The notes below the pieces were generated by a model. It was not told the origin of the DNA and did not search any database. It saw only the letters and a program-made list of their open reading frames with translations. Source: Macrostomum lignano (taxonomy: Eukaryota). Taken from it: a DNA stretch of 64,000 nt. This document shows, in pieces, positions 24,106-38,507 of the stretch (position 1 is the first letter of the stretch; the number at the start of each line of letters is the position of its first letter). The DNA lies in contig NIVC01000132.1 in NCBI GenBank assembly GCA_002269645.1, forward strand, positions 124,001 to 188,000. The letters are read 5' to 3'. The position numbers were made by a program, and so were the translations under genes.

Positions 24106-25631
24106 TACATCTGAGGGGGGGGGGGTAATTTGTCTTCTAATGGCGCCAGATTATCCTTCAAGGGGCCTATAAGTCAACATAAATGCCTTGGTAGTCACGC
24201 GGCAATGTCAGTCGATCCCAAATTTTTTTATCCTGCCTTGCGGCCTGTCATCAAAAGATTTAATGGGACGAAAGAAATCCAATGTAGCTCCATGCATCAG
24301 TTCAATAGCAGGATATTTAGACAATAACTGAGTTGATGGCTCTGTGTAGAATTTATGGCTTGCTAAATGCATCGCATCAGAAAACTCGTACTCATGGCCT
24401 TCACTTGCCGAATATATATATATAGCTTTGTCGCAATTTGCTTTTAAAAAGCTTCTGACAGAGTTCTCGTAGCAATCTGTTGTATTGAGTTAACGGTTTA
24501 GTTAAGTTAAGTAAAAGGGGAGCAGCATTATATATTGAGTGAGCATAGAGCTCAGAGCGGAACACGAATCCCCAGCAAACCTTATCTTATCTCTCGCACC
24601 CCTGCTTGCGGCAAGCCAGCTGCCCTCTCCCTCATCCTCCGTCAGGACCCACCCCGCCCGTCCGCAGATAAGCGAGGCAAACAGTCTGTCTGTCTGCATC
24701 TCTTGCCAATGTGCTCATTCAAGCTCCGTCCCCTTGCCTCTTCCTTCAGCCGTCAAATTCCTCTCTCTGCAGCTCCGCGCTCCCAAAGACTTGTCCCGTG
24801 CGATAAAACTGAGTCGGCTCCGATTCCTGCTCCGATTCCTCCCGCTTCGCTCTGCGCGTTCTGAAAAACTTTGAGGTTTTGTGGAGACAGCGAGGGGTGG
24901 GGGTAGAAATCCTTCCCCAATGGCTGCTGATTCTAAATCCTATCCCGCCCAGCTTCAGTCTTCATCCGAGTCTTCGCGGTCCACGGTCCGGAGGGAGGTA
25001 GGGAGGGTGCTCAAGCGGCCTCAGGCGGCCCCATCCGATGGGTGTAGCCCAGCCAATGACGAGGCTCCCCCAGCAAGCTCCAAAATTTCTGTCTCTCTGG
25101 AGGCCAGCACCGCCTGTGCCTCCCTGTCGGTTTTGAGCAGAGCAGAGGAGAAGAAGAGAGAAGCAGCGGAGCGGCGGAGCGGTGGAGGCTGAGGTGGGCG
25201 GCGGGCCAACCGGAGCAGCTCAACTGAGCCTGTCAGCTCCCCAGCCCGCCGCCTCCCCCCGCGGCCCCCCAGCCCCCCTACTGAGCGAGGGTTTAAAGTC
25301 AAGTGTAATCATTTCCCTATGCTTTAGTTGGGAATTTATTTTCCGAGCAATCAAAGTTGGCAAATTTGCCCAAGAAGAACTGACCGGCTGTCCGACTTCT
25401 CCTCCTGCCCCTCTCGCCCCAGATCGAGTTTTTGTTTGCTCAAACACCGAGGCGGCTTATTGTTTGCGAGAGTTAAACTCGGTGGCACTGCTACTCTCCT
25501 TGTGCTGGCATCGAAGGCGATAAGGAGCAGCTTGCGGTTTGATCAAAAAGGACGAGTAAGGAAATTGAAAGACAAGCAATATTAGCATAGCGGTGAAGAC
25601 TTATATAGAAAAGTGCAGTCCCTGAGCCGCC

Positions 25632-27239
25632 ATGTTGACAGGGAAAACATACGATCCCAGCAGCGTGTCCGCCTGCTACTCCGGCATGAGCAGCGGCTAC
25701 GCAATGAGCTCGGCCATGTCACCCGGCTACAGTCCACAGATGGCCGGCCACATGATGGGCATGGGCCCCATGGCCGTGTACAATGGCGCCGCAGCCGCAG
25801 CAGCTGCTGGGATGCCGACAGCCGCCGGGCACATGGGCATGCCACCGTCGGCAATGCGGAGTGTCGACCTCAATAACGGCATCGGCGGAACCGGCGTCGG
25901 CGGCGGCGGCGGCCTGTCCACAAGCCGCAGCTCCAGCCCGACTGGACGCAGCGTCATCGGCGGTGGCGGCGGCGGCGGCCTCGCGGGAGTCGGCGGCATG
26001 AGCGGCGCGGTGAGCGGCTTGGACGGCGGCAAGGCGGCCGCGGCGGCGGCCTACAGGCGGACTTACACGCATTCCAAGCCTCCCTACAGCTACATCAGCC
26101 TCATCACCATGGCCATCCAGCAGTCGCCGCAGCACATGTGCACCCTGGCTGAGATCTACCAGTACATCATGGACAACTTCGCCTACTACAGGCAGAACCA
26201 GCAGCGCTGGCAGAATTCCATCAGGCACTCGCTGTCATTCAACGACTGCTTCTTGAAGGTGCCGCGCAGTCCGGACAAGCCGGGCAAAGGCTCCTACTGG
26301 ACGCTGCACCCGGAGAGCGGCAACATGTTCGAGAACGGCTGCTACCTGCGCCGGCAGAAGCGCTTCAAGGACCCGAAGCGGGAGGCCACTCGGCGGGCGA
26401 ATCGAGCCGCGGCCGCCAATGACGACTCGTCGAATCAGGACGACCGGGACGATGACGACGACGAAGACGACGACGGTTGCATGAAGGCGGAGCCAGGCAG
26501 CCCGTGTGGCAGCAGCCCGGCCTCCACGCCAAAGTCCAAGCTACAGGCAGCAACTCCGGAGGCTGCGGCGGCCGCTGCGGCGGCGGCGGCAGCGGCAGCA
26601 GCGGCGGCAGCGGCTTCCCAGTGCGGCCAGGAGCAGCAGGGCAGCAACCTCGAGCAAGCGCAGCATCCTTCATCACAGCAGCAGCAGCAGCAGCTTCACG
26701 ATCCTCAGTCGAGCATGGCTGCTGCAGTATCTTCGTCGGCTCCAGTGGGGTGTCACGGCATGCCGGTGGGTCCCCACCTGGCGCCTCACCAAATGATGGG
26801 ACCACCTTCTCACCATCAGCTCATGCAGATGCCGCATCAGCAGCACCAGTCGCATCAGGCTCTTCAGCATCAGCACCAGCACCAGCCGCACCAGCAGCTC
26901 CAGCAGCAGCAACAGCAGCATCTGCAACAGCAACAACAGCTTGGACAGCAGGAGCTCCAGGGCCTTCACAGCGGCCACCATGCCGGCATGATGGATGGGT
27001 CGCTAGCGCCGCCTCCTCACGGCTACTTCCTGTCAGCCGACATGATGGCCATGGACCCCAGTCTCATGGGCAACTTCAGCCATCCGTTCTCCATCAGCTC
27101 GCTGATGAACCACGGCGCCGCGGCTGCGGCAGACTTGAAGTACTACGACATGGCCAGCTACGGCTATGGGCCCATCAAGGCCGAGGACCCGGCTGCGCAG
27201 CACCAGTACTATTACAAATACCACAGCGGAGCCTTGTAG
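25632..27239 (+). CDS. FoxA: Forkhead box A (FoxA/HNF3/fork head) transcription factor, intronless, 535 aa
   Basis: Forkhead domain [75 protein letters not shown] is of the FoxA class. C-terminal [11 protein letters not shown] matches FoxA conserved region II. ATG context GCCGCCATG. Poly-Ala and poly-Gln tracts are present. Confidence 0.98.
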   Translation: MLTGKTYDPSSVSACYSGMSSGYAMSSAMSPGYSPQMAGHMMGMGPMAVYNGAAAAAAAGMPTAAGHMGMPPSAMRSVDLNNGIGGTGVGGGGGLSTSRSSSPTGRSVIGGGGGGGLAGVGGMSGAVSGLDGGKAAAAAAYRRTYTHSKPPYSYISLITMAIQQSPQHMCTLAEIYQYIMDNFAYYRQNQQRWQNSIRHSLSFNDCFLKVPRSPDKPGKGSYWTLHPESGNMFENGCYLRRQKRFKDPKREATRRANRAAAANDDSSNQDDRDDDDDEDDDGCMKAEPGSPCGSSPASTPKSKLQAATPEAAAAAAAAAAAAAAAAAASQCGQEQQGSNLEQAQHPSSQQQQQQLHDPQSSMAAAVSSSAPVGCHGMPVGPHLAPHQMMGPPSHHQLMQMPHQQHQSHQALQHQHQHQPHQQLQQQQQQHLQQQQQLGQQELQGLHSGHHAGMMDGSLAPPPHGYFLSADMMAMDPSLMGNFSHPFSISSLMNHGAAAAADLKYYDMASYGYGPIKAEDPAAQHQYYYKYHSGAL

Positions 27240-30154
27240 TCAGGTGTGTTTACAGTGTAATCATGCGAGTTACCCCCATGCCTACTGCATGCACATATAG
27301 GCTGTGAGTGAGTGCTGCCTGTCTGCCTGTCTGCCTGCATCCTCTTCCCGTGTCTGTTGCTGCACAGGCCCCCATATACTTTGATTGTGATACCAACTCC
27401 TCCTTGTTGAGTGCACTGGAACTCTTCTCATTGCAATTTGCAGCAACCAATTGAACTACTCAATGCACTTCTGTTTCTCTTGCTTGATTGCTGCTTGACA
27501 TGTTTGTGCGGTACAAAATAAGTTAAATTAATTTATTGGGTATAATTATGCAGCCAGTGTGTGTACAGTTGAAGATGTCTCAGCTCTTTGCTTTGGCATG
27601 AATGTCTTGCATGCCAACTAAATCATCGCATTCTGTTCTGTTTGCTTTTTTGTTTGAAATCTCTTTGGGATCAGAGCTGCCAAGAAGCTCATTGGAGAAG
27701 CATTGTAAAACTGTTCTTTTGTTTTTGTTTTGTATTTTACTCATATATCTTTTGTGCAGAACCATTTTTCCTGGCAATGCCCCTGGCATCAATAGATTTC
27801 TGACCAAGGAAAATCAATCAATATCTCAGCCATTTTGTGCGTTCTGGGGTAAACTTTACTGTAGTTACTAAGCATGTTCTCTTCTAAAACATTGTCTTAT
27901 TCACAGAACTTTTATTCTGTTCAATTTCATTGTGCAAGACTCGTGCATTATGCCAGTTATTTGCTGTTTAATTGACTAATTGGCTTGAGCAAGAGAACCG
28001 GCATCTCAAAATTGGAGAAATATTGTCCGTTTTCTGCTTTTAATTTCTCTGTATGGGGGGTTTTGGGGCGCTGTTTTTTCCGACAATTGTTCTGAGTCCG
28101 TATTTTGAGTTGCGGTTAACAATTAACTATATTTAATTCTTTAATAAGCGTGCAAAATATACAATATTATCTATCTCTGTTATGCATAAATTATATTTAT
28201 TGCATATATTATCTTACAATGCTTAACAACATGCCTAAATGATTGAAACTTTCAAAAATTTAGTGTTCATTTTTCGAATTTTTTGAATTCTAAGTTTTCA
28301 CAGGAAGGAACTTTTGAGGATCTGAGCGGGGTATTAGGATTAGGATATGTTGGACTGTTCTCTTTGCAGCTTAGCCGAGTATTGAGTAAAGTAAATTGAA
28401 TGGTAAACATTTGGCATTGTGCGCGGGTGGCCGTTTGTGTATTATAGAATTTATAATCTCTTAAACTCTATATAGACGTTGCTATGCCGGGGGATTATTA
28501 TGTCACCTGATCCTTTCGCTTGCGCGGGGGGTGGTTAAGACTTTGCCCATATATATATAAGAAGTCTTTGTTGTAGGTGGGGACGCTGAGCTATTCTCAC
28601 ACCTGTGCTCATGGAGACGGAAAGTGAGAACAAGAAAGCTTATTATATTTTGAATTGGCTGTGGCACTTCAGCGATTCTTCCATTATATCGCTAAATAAT
28701 GGCAAAAGCGAGCCCCTGCACCCGTCCCAGTAACTCTGAGGATGGTTTCTTTGATTCAAGTGGCCCCGAATGCAGAGAAGTGAGAAGTGAGGCTGAAGAC
28801 GAGTGGAAATTTGCCGAGAGATGGAGAAAGGTGTGAAACGATATTACTCGTATATACCAATGCGTATCATATATTAGAGTCCCGAATATAGATCATTTTA
28901 TTGGCCACTCGAAGCCCAGGTGTTGTCTGATGATATATGGATGTTTGCCTTGAGAAGTTTGTGGCTGCACGGATGGATACTAATACCTTCGCGTTTGGGT
29001 TGTGCGGTGGGAAAGTCGAGTCACAAATAGATGGGATATGCTTGGGATTCAAGGGTGGGAATAGATATAGAGACGAGGCGTGCTGGTACCCTGCATGCAT
29101 CTTCATCAAATTTTTTAGCACGCGCGCCTTCTGAACTCAACTGAGCTGAAGCTGTCTATTCTCACCGTGAATTAGCCAGCAGCTCCAGGCCTGTCAATCA
29201 AAGCCACGCGGCACTGCATGAGGAGATGCGGGAAGTCGAAATGCAGTGTGTTTGACTTCTGCCCATCAGTCAGCCGAGTGGCAAACAGTTTTGGCAATCA
29301 GGACTGCCATGGGCCAAGCTGCTGGGCCACTCGCCTTTCAGAGCCATCAATTGTCTTTAATTGATCAGTATATCCCCACCCACCTGATTTTAATCAACTG
29401 TTTTATAAGGGCTATCATAATAGAGTGGGGTCTGCTACTGACGCCCTCATTGTCTTATGGCCGCGGTCAATAGCAATCAAAGAGCCATTAGCTGCCAACT
29501 ATATACCCCACGAGGCTTAATTGGGGCGAAAATATTGCTGCATTTTTTGACAAAACTGTCAAATGGAATGCGCTATGATATGCATTGACTGTAGATAATT
29601 GGCACCGCCCATCTCATGCTTAACCCATTGCAGCAGAATCCGCGGACTGATTGTTGGTCCCCATCTCTGCAGACTTTGCACGTGCGCAGCAGGTCTCATT
29701 CTCCTCAGCTCATTTGAACAATGCTTTCGGTTTAGTGCTGTCTTCTAAATAGCTAATTGCTGCACCAGCCGATTGACTGACAGGGGATAATGCCCGGTCC
29801 GAGTGGCCACTTCAGCTGGGCTGTGGCTGAAATTTATCGGGGGGGGGAATAGGTGGGGATGCGATGATGTCAAACTGCCCCTGAAACCATGGATTGCTAG
29901 GCCAGAACTCACTGACTGACTGACTGACAATGCAGCACTTTGAGTGCCCTCGTACCTGCATTGGGCTGGGGGCGGACGCGTTGGTCACCTTTTTAGGGGG
30001 GGGGAGATCTTCCTTATGCTAGATAGCTGTGTGACTGACAGCCTGGGAGAAATGAGAAATACATGTACGAGCGTGCGAACTCTAGCAGTTTACACACAGG
30101 GAGAATAAGAAAATTCGAAAGAAACAAGAAAGCGAAATTTTAAGGCTAAGAGAG

Positions 30155-31172
30155 GGTACGAGTGATGGGCGAGAGGGTAGAGTGATGGAAGAGAGGATAG
30201 AGTGATGGGAGAAAGGATAGAGTGATGGAAGAGAGGATAGAGTGATGGGAGAGAGGATAGAGTGATGGGAGAGAGGATAGAGTGATGGGAGAGAGGATAG
30301 AGTGATGGGAGAGAGGATAGAGTGATGGGAGAGAGGATAGACTGATGGGAGAGAGGATAGAGTGATGGGAGAGAGGATAGAGTGATGGGAGAGAGGATAG
30401 AGTGATAGGAGAGAGGATAGAGTGATGGGAGAGAGGATAGAGTGATGGGAGAGAGGATAGAGTGATGGGAGAGAGGATAGAGTTATGGGAGAGAAGATAG
30501 AGTGATGGAAGAGAGGATAGAGTGATGGGAGAGAGGATAGAGTGATGGAAGAGAGGATAGAGTGATGAGAGAGAGGATAGAGTATTGGGAGAGAGGATAG
30601 AGTGACGAGAAAGAGGATAGAGTGATGGGAGAGAGGATACAGTGATAGGATAGAGGATAGAGTGATGGGAGAGAGGATAGAGTGATGGGAGAGAGGATAG
30701 AGTGATGGGAGAGAGGATAGAGTGATGGGAGAGAGTAGAGTGATGGGAGAGAGGGTGGAGTGATGGAAGAGGGGGTAGAGTGATGGAAGAAGGGGTGGAG
30801 TGATGGAAGAGGGGGTAGAGTGATGGAAGAAGGGGTAGAGTGATGGAAGAAGGGGTGGAGTGATGGAAGAGGGGGTAGAGTGATAGGAGAGAGGGTAGAA
30901 TGATGGGAGAGAGGATAGAGTGATGGGAGAGAGGATAGAGTGATGGGAGAGAGGATAGAGTGATGGGAGAGAGTAGAGTGATGGGAGAGAGGGTGGAGTG
31001 ATGGAAGAGGGGGTAGAGTGATGGAAGAAGGGGTAGAGTGATGGAAGAAGGGGTGGAGTGATGGAAGAGGGGGTAGAGTGATGGGAGAGAGGGTAGAATG
31101 ATGGGAGAGAGGATAGAGTGATGGGAGAGAGGATAGAGTGATGGGAGAGATGGTAGAGTGATGGGAGAGAGG
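30155..31172. repeat. 20-bp purine-rich minisatellite
   Basis: Unit AGAGTGATGGGAGAGAGGAT. Confidence 0.96.
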
Positions 31173-32234
31173 GTGCAGTCTTAATGCCCTGACAATTTTT
31201 ATTAGGTGTTTAATTTTCAGCAAATGTCATTATTTTGACTTTGATACTCCCAAGCCGCAGGAAGTAGGTGGAAGAAAATATTTAAAAAGTGTGTCGAATA
31301 AGAGACAGTCAGACAGAGCGAAGAAGTGCTATTTCTGCTGCCCCAGAGCATCCCTATTATCTGCTTCTCCCAAAGCCTGCGTTCGACTCGCATTTGAAAG
31401 TATTGGTAAAAGAAGCTCACAGTAAAGGCAAAGGCAGTGATGAGTTGATGAGGCTCCGCGGGATCCTAGATGATGGAGGAGAGTCTGGAATGGAAAAAAA
31501 ACGGTAATTTGAGGAGGCCCCACGCGGGAAGGACAGTTGAGACGGACCCCACCCTCACTGAAGCCGTTCTCGAGGCCTTTAATGACATGTTTGCCCAGGC
31601 AGGCTGTGTGAATGGGGGGGGGGGGGGTTGGTGGGCATCTAATAGCGGCCGAATTGCTTCCAATAGTGGAGGCGCACCTTGCGGCAGACTTATATATTGT
31701 CTGCAGACAGAAGCAGATCCACTTCTATCCTCAGCTTTCTCCCTCTTCTTGCCTTTCTCATCCCCCCCGTGTGTTGTGTCCCTCTCGATATCGCCTCTTC
31801 CCCCAGATACGGGACTGAGCACAGGGATCCCCATCTATGCATGTTGGGCGCACGCACAATGGATGGCCGCGGCTGCAAGCGGGGTGGTGGACACTGTTGA
31901 GTAGGTCACTCAAGAAATGCTTTAAAATTCCCTCTCTCGGATAGTAAGGGAAGGCGTTTTTTAACATTTCCCACTGTCAGGCAAGTACTTCGTGAGTATT
32001 TTAATAAAACTATATTGCACCGGGGACGAGGTTCTGTATAATGGAAAATGTTCAATAAAGCATTACATAGTAAGAAGTCTCTTTACTGCAATCGATTGAT
32101 CGACAACTGGAAAATATGGATGCCGCATGAGCACAGCACGGTCATCGATCTGTGCAGTTCTGCCCGCTGCGATTCAGCATGGATTACGTTTAATGTTCAT
32201 CATACTGTTCTAGACTGTCGGGTCTTGGCTGATC

Positions 32235-33585
32235 TCGGCACCCCGTTTGTGAATCTCGGCGCCCTCCTTGTGAATCTCGGCGCCCTCCTTGTGAATCTTG
32301 GCGCCCTATTTGTGAATCTCGGCGCCCCATTTGTTAATCTGGGCGCCACATTTGTGAATCTCGGCGCCCCTTTATTGAATCTCGGCGCCCCGCTTGTGAA
32401 TCTTGGCGCCCTATTTGTGAATCTCGGCGCCCCATTTGTGAATATCGGCGCCAAATTTGTGAATCTTGGCGCCCCATTTGTGAATCTCGGCGCCCCATTT
32501 GTTGAATCTAGGCGCCCCATTTGTGAATCTCGGCGCCAAATTTGTGAATCTCGGCGCCCTCCTTGTGAATCTTGGCGCCCTATTTGTGAATCTCAGCGCC
32601 CCATTTGTGAATATCGGCGCCAAATTTGTGAATCTCACCGCCCCATTTGTGAATATCGGCGCCAAATTTGTGAATCTTGGCGCCCATTTGTGAATCTCGG
32701 TGCCCCATTTGTGAATCTCGGCGCCCTATTTGTGAATCTCGGTGCCCCATTTGTGAATCTCGGTGCCCCATTTGTGAATCTCGGCGCCCTATTTGTGAAT
32801 CTCGGTGCCCCATTTGTGAATCTCGGCGCCAAATTTGTGAATCTCAGCGCCCCATTTGTGAATATCGGCGCCAAATTTGTGAATCTTGGCGCCCATTTGT
32901 GAATCTCGGTGCCCCATTTGTGAATCTCGGCGCCCTATTTGTGAATCTCGGTGCCCCATTTGTGAATCTCGGTGCCCCATTTGTGAATCTCGGCGCCCTA
33001 TTTGTGAATCTCGGTGCCCCATTTGTGAATCTCGGCGCCAAATTTGTGAATCTCGGCGCCCCATTTGTGAATATCGGCGCCAAATTTGTGAATCTTGGCG
33101 CCCCATTTGTGAATCTCGGCGCCCCATTTGTTGAATCTAGGCGCCCCATTTGTGAATCTCGGCGCCAAATTTGTGAATCTCGGCGCCCTCCTTGTGAATC
33201 TTGGCGCCCTATTTGTGAATCTCAGCGCCCCATTTGTGAATATCGGCGCCAAATTTGTGAATCTTGGCGCCCATTTGTGAATCTCGGTGCCCCATTTGTG
33301 AATCTCGGCGCCAAATTTGTGAATCTCAGCGCCCCATTTGTGAATATCGGCGCCAAATTTGTGAATCTTGGCGCCCATTTGTAAATCTTGGTGCCCCATT
33401 TGTGAATCTCGGCGCCAAATTTGTGAATCTCGGCGCCCATTTGTGAATCTCGGCGCCCATTTGTGAATCTCGGTGCCCCATTTGTGAATCTCGGCGCCAA
33501 ATTTGTGAATCTTGGCGCCCATTTGTGAATCTCGGTGCCCCATTTGTGAATCTCGGCGCCCCGCTTGTGAATCTCGGCGCCCATT
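32235..33585. repeat. 20-21-bp GGCGCC minisatellite
   Basis: Unit ATTTGTGAATCTCGGCGCCCC and variants. Confidence 0.96.
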
Positions 33586-34059
33586 TAAGTGTCGGTGTAA
33601 GGGGTCTACTTAAAGCATTTAGATGTACTTATAAGTTATAAGTTAAAACCAAAGGCTCAGTAACAAAAATTGATTAGACTAATGGATCTAATTAAGTAGA
33701 ATTAAGTAGACAACTTGAGTCACTAAAAATTGAAGAGCATAAATGCGTTATTAAACTACAAAAATGCGTCACTGCGTGTATTTGTACAACCTGCTGCAGG
33801 AGCCAAATTGAGATCGGCAAAAAAGACAACAATATTTAGTTACATATCAAAAAGACAAAATAGTCATAGGTCAATCTCGCGAGCCACTAGGTCACCGAGG
33901 CCTCTTCAAGTGTCTGCAATGTTCAAAGAAGAAGACCAATTTTAGTCAATATATTTATTAACTGTCATGAGCTAAGAGTATGTTGCTTATTGAAATAATT
34001 GGATTTAACAATTGAATGTTGCATCTTTTCAGAGAGGGTATCGCAAAACCAAAACTTTA

Positions 34060-34873
34060 CAAACCCTGATGGGGACTTCACGAACCCTGAATGAACCTCA
34101 CGAACCCTGAATGAACTTCACAAACCCTGAAATGAACTTCACAAACCCTGAATGAACTTCACAAACCCTGAAATGAACTTCACAAACCCCGAAGAAACTT
34201 CACAAACCCTGAAATGAACTTCACAAACCCCGAAGAAACTTCACAAACCCTGAAGAAACTTCACAAACCCTGAAATGAACTTCACAAACCCCGAAGAAAC
34301 TTCACAAACCCTGAAGAAACTTCACAAACCCTGAATGAACTTTACAAACCCTGAAGAAACTTCACAAACCCTGAATTAACTTCGTAAACCCTGAAATGAA
34401 CTTTACAAACCCTGGGTGAACTTCACAAACCCTGGGTGAACTTCACAAACCCTGGGTGAACTTCACAAACCCTGAGTGAACTTCACAAACCCTGAGTGAA
34501 CTTCACAAACCCTGAGTGAACTTCACAAACCCTGAGTGAACTTCACAAACCCTAAGTGAACTTCACAAACCCTGGGTGAACTTCACAAACCCTGAGTGAA
34601 CTTCACAAACCCTGAGTGAACTTCACAAACCCTGGGTGAACTTCACAAACCCTGGGTGAACTTCACAAACCCTGAGTGAACTTCACAAACCCTGAGTGAA
34701 CTTCACAAACCCTGAGTGAACTTCACAAACCCTGAGTGAACTTCACAAACCCTGAGTGAACTTCACAAACCCTAAGTGAACTTCACAAACCCTGGGTGAA
34801 CTTCACAAACCCTAAGTGAACTTCACAAACCCTGAGTGAACTTCACAAACCCTGAGTGAACTTCACAAACCCT
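34060..34873. repeat. 20-bp minisatellite
   Basis: Unit TGAACTTCACAAACCCTGAG. Confidence 0.96.
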
Positions 34874-35368
34874 AAACTGACTAAACTTCAAGGCATCCAC
34901 CGTGTATTTTATACCACATGAAATTTTTGGTTGTTCAAGTTTTGAGTTTAAAATAGTGCTGGACCCTGCTGCACTTTTTAGCAGAGACCCTCTCAGATTT
35001 TTTCGTGTTTTCACAATGAGTCAGTGCTTCATCAACTCATACATTGAGAGCAGCTGTATCTCTATCTAAATACGAGCGTTTAATTATAGAATTAAACCTG
35101 CTGTCAAATTTAGCAACAAAAACGACGGCTCATAAATATATTAAACTTCAGGCGTGTAAAAATATGGGCGGTTCTGCGGCGCGCGGGCCATGCAGCCCCC
35201 GTGTGTGTTGCGCGCGGCCTCTGATGAGGGCGCAAGCGAGCGCTACTACCAAAACAACCTGCGGCAACGCAGCCTTGCCCATTGTGCGGGCGGCTGGGCT
35301 GCTTTCACTCCCCGAACTGGACAACAATAGACGGGTCCCCTGGCTTCAGTTCTGCGTGACGAAATGGA

Positions 35369-35475
<107 letters not shown>

Positions 35476-38400
35476 TAAACGGGTCTGACAGCCTCAGATA
35501 CCGCAGAGGGGCTATGCTACAGAGTCTTAAACAAACAATGAACCGATCCAAAGGCGCTGGCTGAGCCTCTCAAAACCTGTGGGTGGTCGTCCCTTTTTCT
35601 TATCCCTCCCGCCGCTTCCCCAATCGAATTAAGGTTGTCGAAATCTCTTTTTTTGTCTAACCGTCTGTCCGCCTGCCACCCCCCCCCCCGCCACAACACA
35701 GCACTGTCTCTGCCACGCTCAATTGCTTTCAATGAAAACAAACAGGTATAAGGGTAGGTGGGGAGGCTTCGGTTTTAACGTCCATCGAAGAGACTCAAGA
35801 GAGCAACCTTTCTTACACTGGAATTTAAAGTATAGACTTAAGTATAACGAGCTCAAGATAAATGGCGCTCACGGACAAGCATCTGGGCAAGTCGGTTTTA
35901 AGGGAAAATACGAGAGAATTGAAGCACAGTCTTGCTCCGTCTTTGGGCCTAAGCCCTTCTTTTTACCTTTGCATCATCCGTTCCCGAAGCCCTTTACCCT
36001 GCACTCCAGTGGGGGCCGCCTGCGCATTTGTTTGCTCATTTCACCGCCAGCCCCCCCCTCACAGCGCGCTCCGCTATTCTAAGGAAATGATGAAAGTTTG
36101 TTCAACCCGGGGCCTCGCCAAGGCGGACTCACACGCGGGCAGGGCACTCCACAGCTCCCCCCGCCCGCCCCAACCCTCGGCAAACAACTTTGAGTTGTCG
36201 GCCGTGTCGGCGGGACAAGGGGCCCCGGGGTCGGGGCCGGGCCGGCGGTGAAAGTCTTGAGTCAACAACTCAAAAACCCGAGCTCCCATGGCGCATGAGA
36301 CAGGCGGCAGGGGCTGAGATGAAGGAGAAAGTGTTTAAGCAAGCTGGCGAGCTCAGGTAAAAATAAAAGCGGGACAGACAGATGGCGGGGACCCCCCACG
36401 AAGTAAAGGGGATGTCAGACTGACATGAAGCCTGAAAGCATTTTTCTTTCGGAAGGCAATCTGAAGCAGTTAATTGCTCAAAATTGATAACATTTTTTGG
36501 CGCATTGGTACCGGGACCGGACAATCTGAAAATGCGTCTGAATCTCGTACCACGAACCCTGGTTCGGTTCTCTGCGCAAACGCATTAAATTGGGTCCATG
36601 AGGGCCAGCCCCCAAGGCACGGAGACTGTACATGCCTGACGATTGGAAAGTCAGGGCCGCTGTGCACCCTGTGTGAGCTGTGTGTGCCTGCGTACAGCAT
36701 TGGTGCGCTTGCATGTGCTCAGGAGCCAGCGGAATGGGCAGAAGGCGTTGCGCCAGGGTGCCCGCAGCCCTCCTGGAGTTATTAATCCCACTTTCACATA
36801 ATGCTAAGTCCATTCGCCTCATCTACCGGAAGAGTAACGTTTCCTCTCGATTCAGAGAGCAGAATTCTGAGCAGACATCCAGCTCACTGCAGTTTGCTGA
36901 CTGAGGCATGCTATGCTGCATGAGCCAGATTTTCAGGCAGGCCATGGTACACGCGATAAACGTTTGCTTTCGCTGCTGCTATGGGAGACGGCGCGCGCTG
37001 CATGGGGTTCCGGACAAACAAATGGAGAAATGGGGGATGGAGGATGCAGCGCCTACCTACCTACTGTGTTTGCTCTCATCCTGAGCATCCTGCTAAGGCC
37101 TCATCTGTCAATTCAATATTCCCATAGAGAGCTGCTAGGCTCATGGGATCTGCACAACCGGCTTTCTGGTGCAGTTTGCGAAGTTCTGGGATAAATGACG
37201 AATATTGGGATTTTCGCCATAGACAAATTTCGGTCGAGAAACAATGCGCTGCAGAGACAGGGACAGCTGAACTCTCGCCGCAACTTTGCTTGCCTGCCGG
37301 TCTCCGGTAGCAGTTCATGAAAACAAATGGCTTGATGAAATTTTTCTGCTGCAGCTTTCTGCTTTTTCTGCAGTGGATTTCTGCTTTTTCTGCAGCGTCT
37401 CTCTCCCGCGTCAAAGTCAGTTTCGACTATGGGTGTGAAATTTGAGAACTCGATTTTTTTGCTTTTGGCTTCGGGTTGGGGAAGAGGATGAGGCACTGGT
37501 AGAAAGTGATGAAGCGTCCTTACGGTTTGCTTGATCTGTCCAGCATCCATACAGCTCAGCTTTAGCCAATTAACTAGATTAACTGATGGAGCAGCCCCCC
37601 CCCCCACTGTGTCACTTGGTTCGGTTTGATCTGTTTTCACGCTCAATTGAGTCATGCAAGCTTGCAAAGTACAAGAAATCTAAGCATTTCTGCGATTAAA
37701 ACGTATCTGATATTGTATTTAGCTGGCTTTTCTCCAGATGACTGACTGACAGACAGACCGCCGGTCGCCGGTCGGTCTGGTGCCTGCATTGCCTCTTAGT
37801 TAAAGAAAATAACAGCATTCTTGATCTTGCACATGTACTGCATTAATATGTGGGCGTATATTTTATACAATCTGGCCGATTGCTGACTTTCATACCCACT
37901 CTCTGAGTCTCAATCTGTTCCTCCCACTCCACCACCCACTGAGCCTCTCGTATCGCACAGCCTTCAGCCACTCCCCCCCCCCACTCTGTACCATTTCTAC
38001 GATAAGAAACCCCCAGCGCAAGGCCCCTGGCAGCAATGGCGCAATGGCGGAGGACTCATTGGGGGGGGGCTGCTTGAGCCGAGTTCACGATATAGACCAT
38101 AAGCCCGGCTGATAAGGAGGTTGGAGTTGCTCATTGCTGGATCTGTCGTAACTTCCATCTTCTAAAAGACCTCCGAGAGCGTTCTATATATAATATATAA
38201 TAAGATAGATAAGAAATATCCTTGAGTGTGCAGAATTTAAACTGCCTTGGTTCACTGAGCCAATTTGCGCGATACAATTCATTTGTTTTCATTTATATCG
38301 TAAATTGCAAAGGCTCTGGCTTATCTTACTTTGCGATGCCAATCTTTTGTTTCTTTGAAAATGACGACTTTTTTGCTTATCTACCAGAAATACGAATGCG

Positions 38401-38507
38401 ACCAGTTCTGCTCGGGCTTATTTGACGTGAACTCAGCTTCTGACACAGTGCTAAATTGTGATAACTGCATTTAGAGTTTTGACACTTTTTAGGATTTTAT
38501 CAGCTTA

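Noticed and set aside
25719-27307. Many long ORFs overlapping FoxA on both strands
   Set aside because: These are expected shadows of GC-rich, GCN/CAG-repeat coding sequence and have no recognisable domains.
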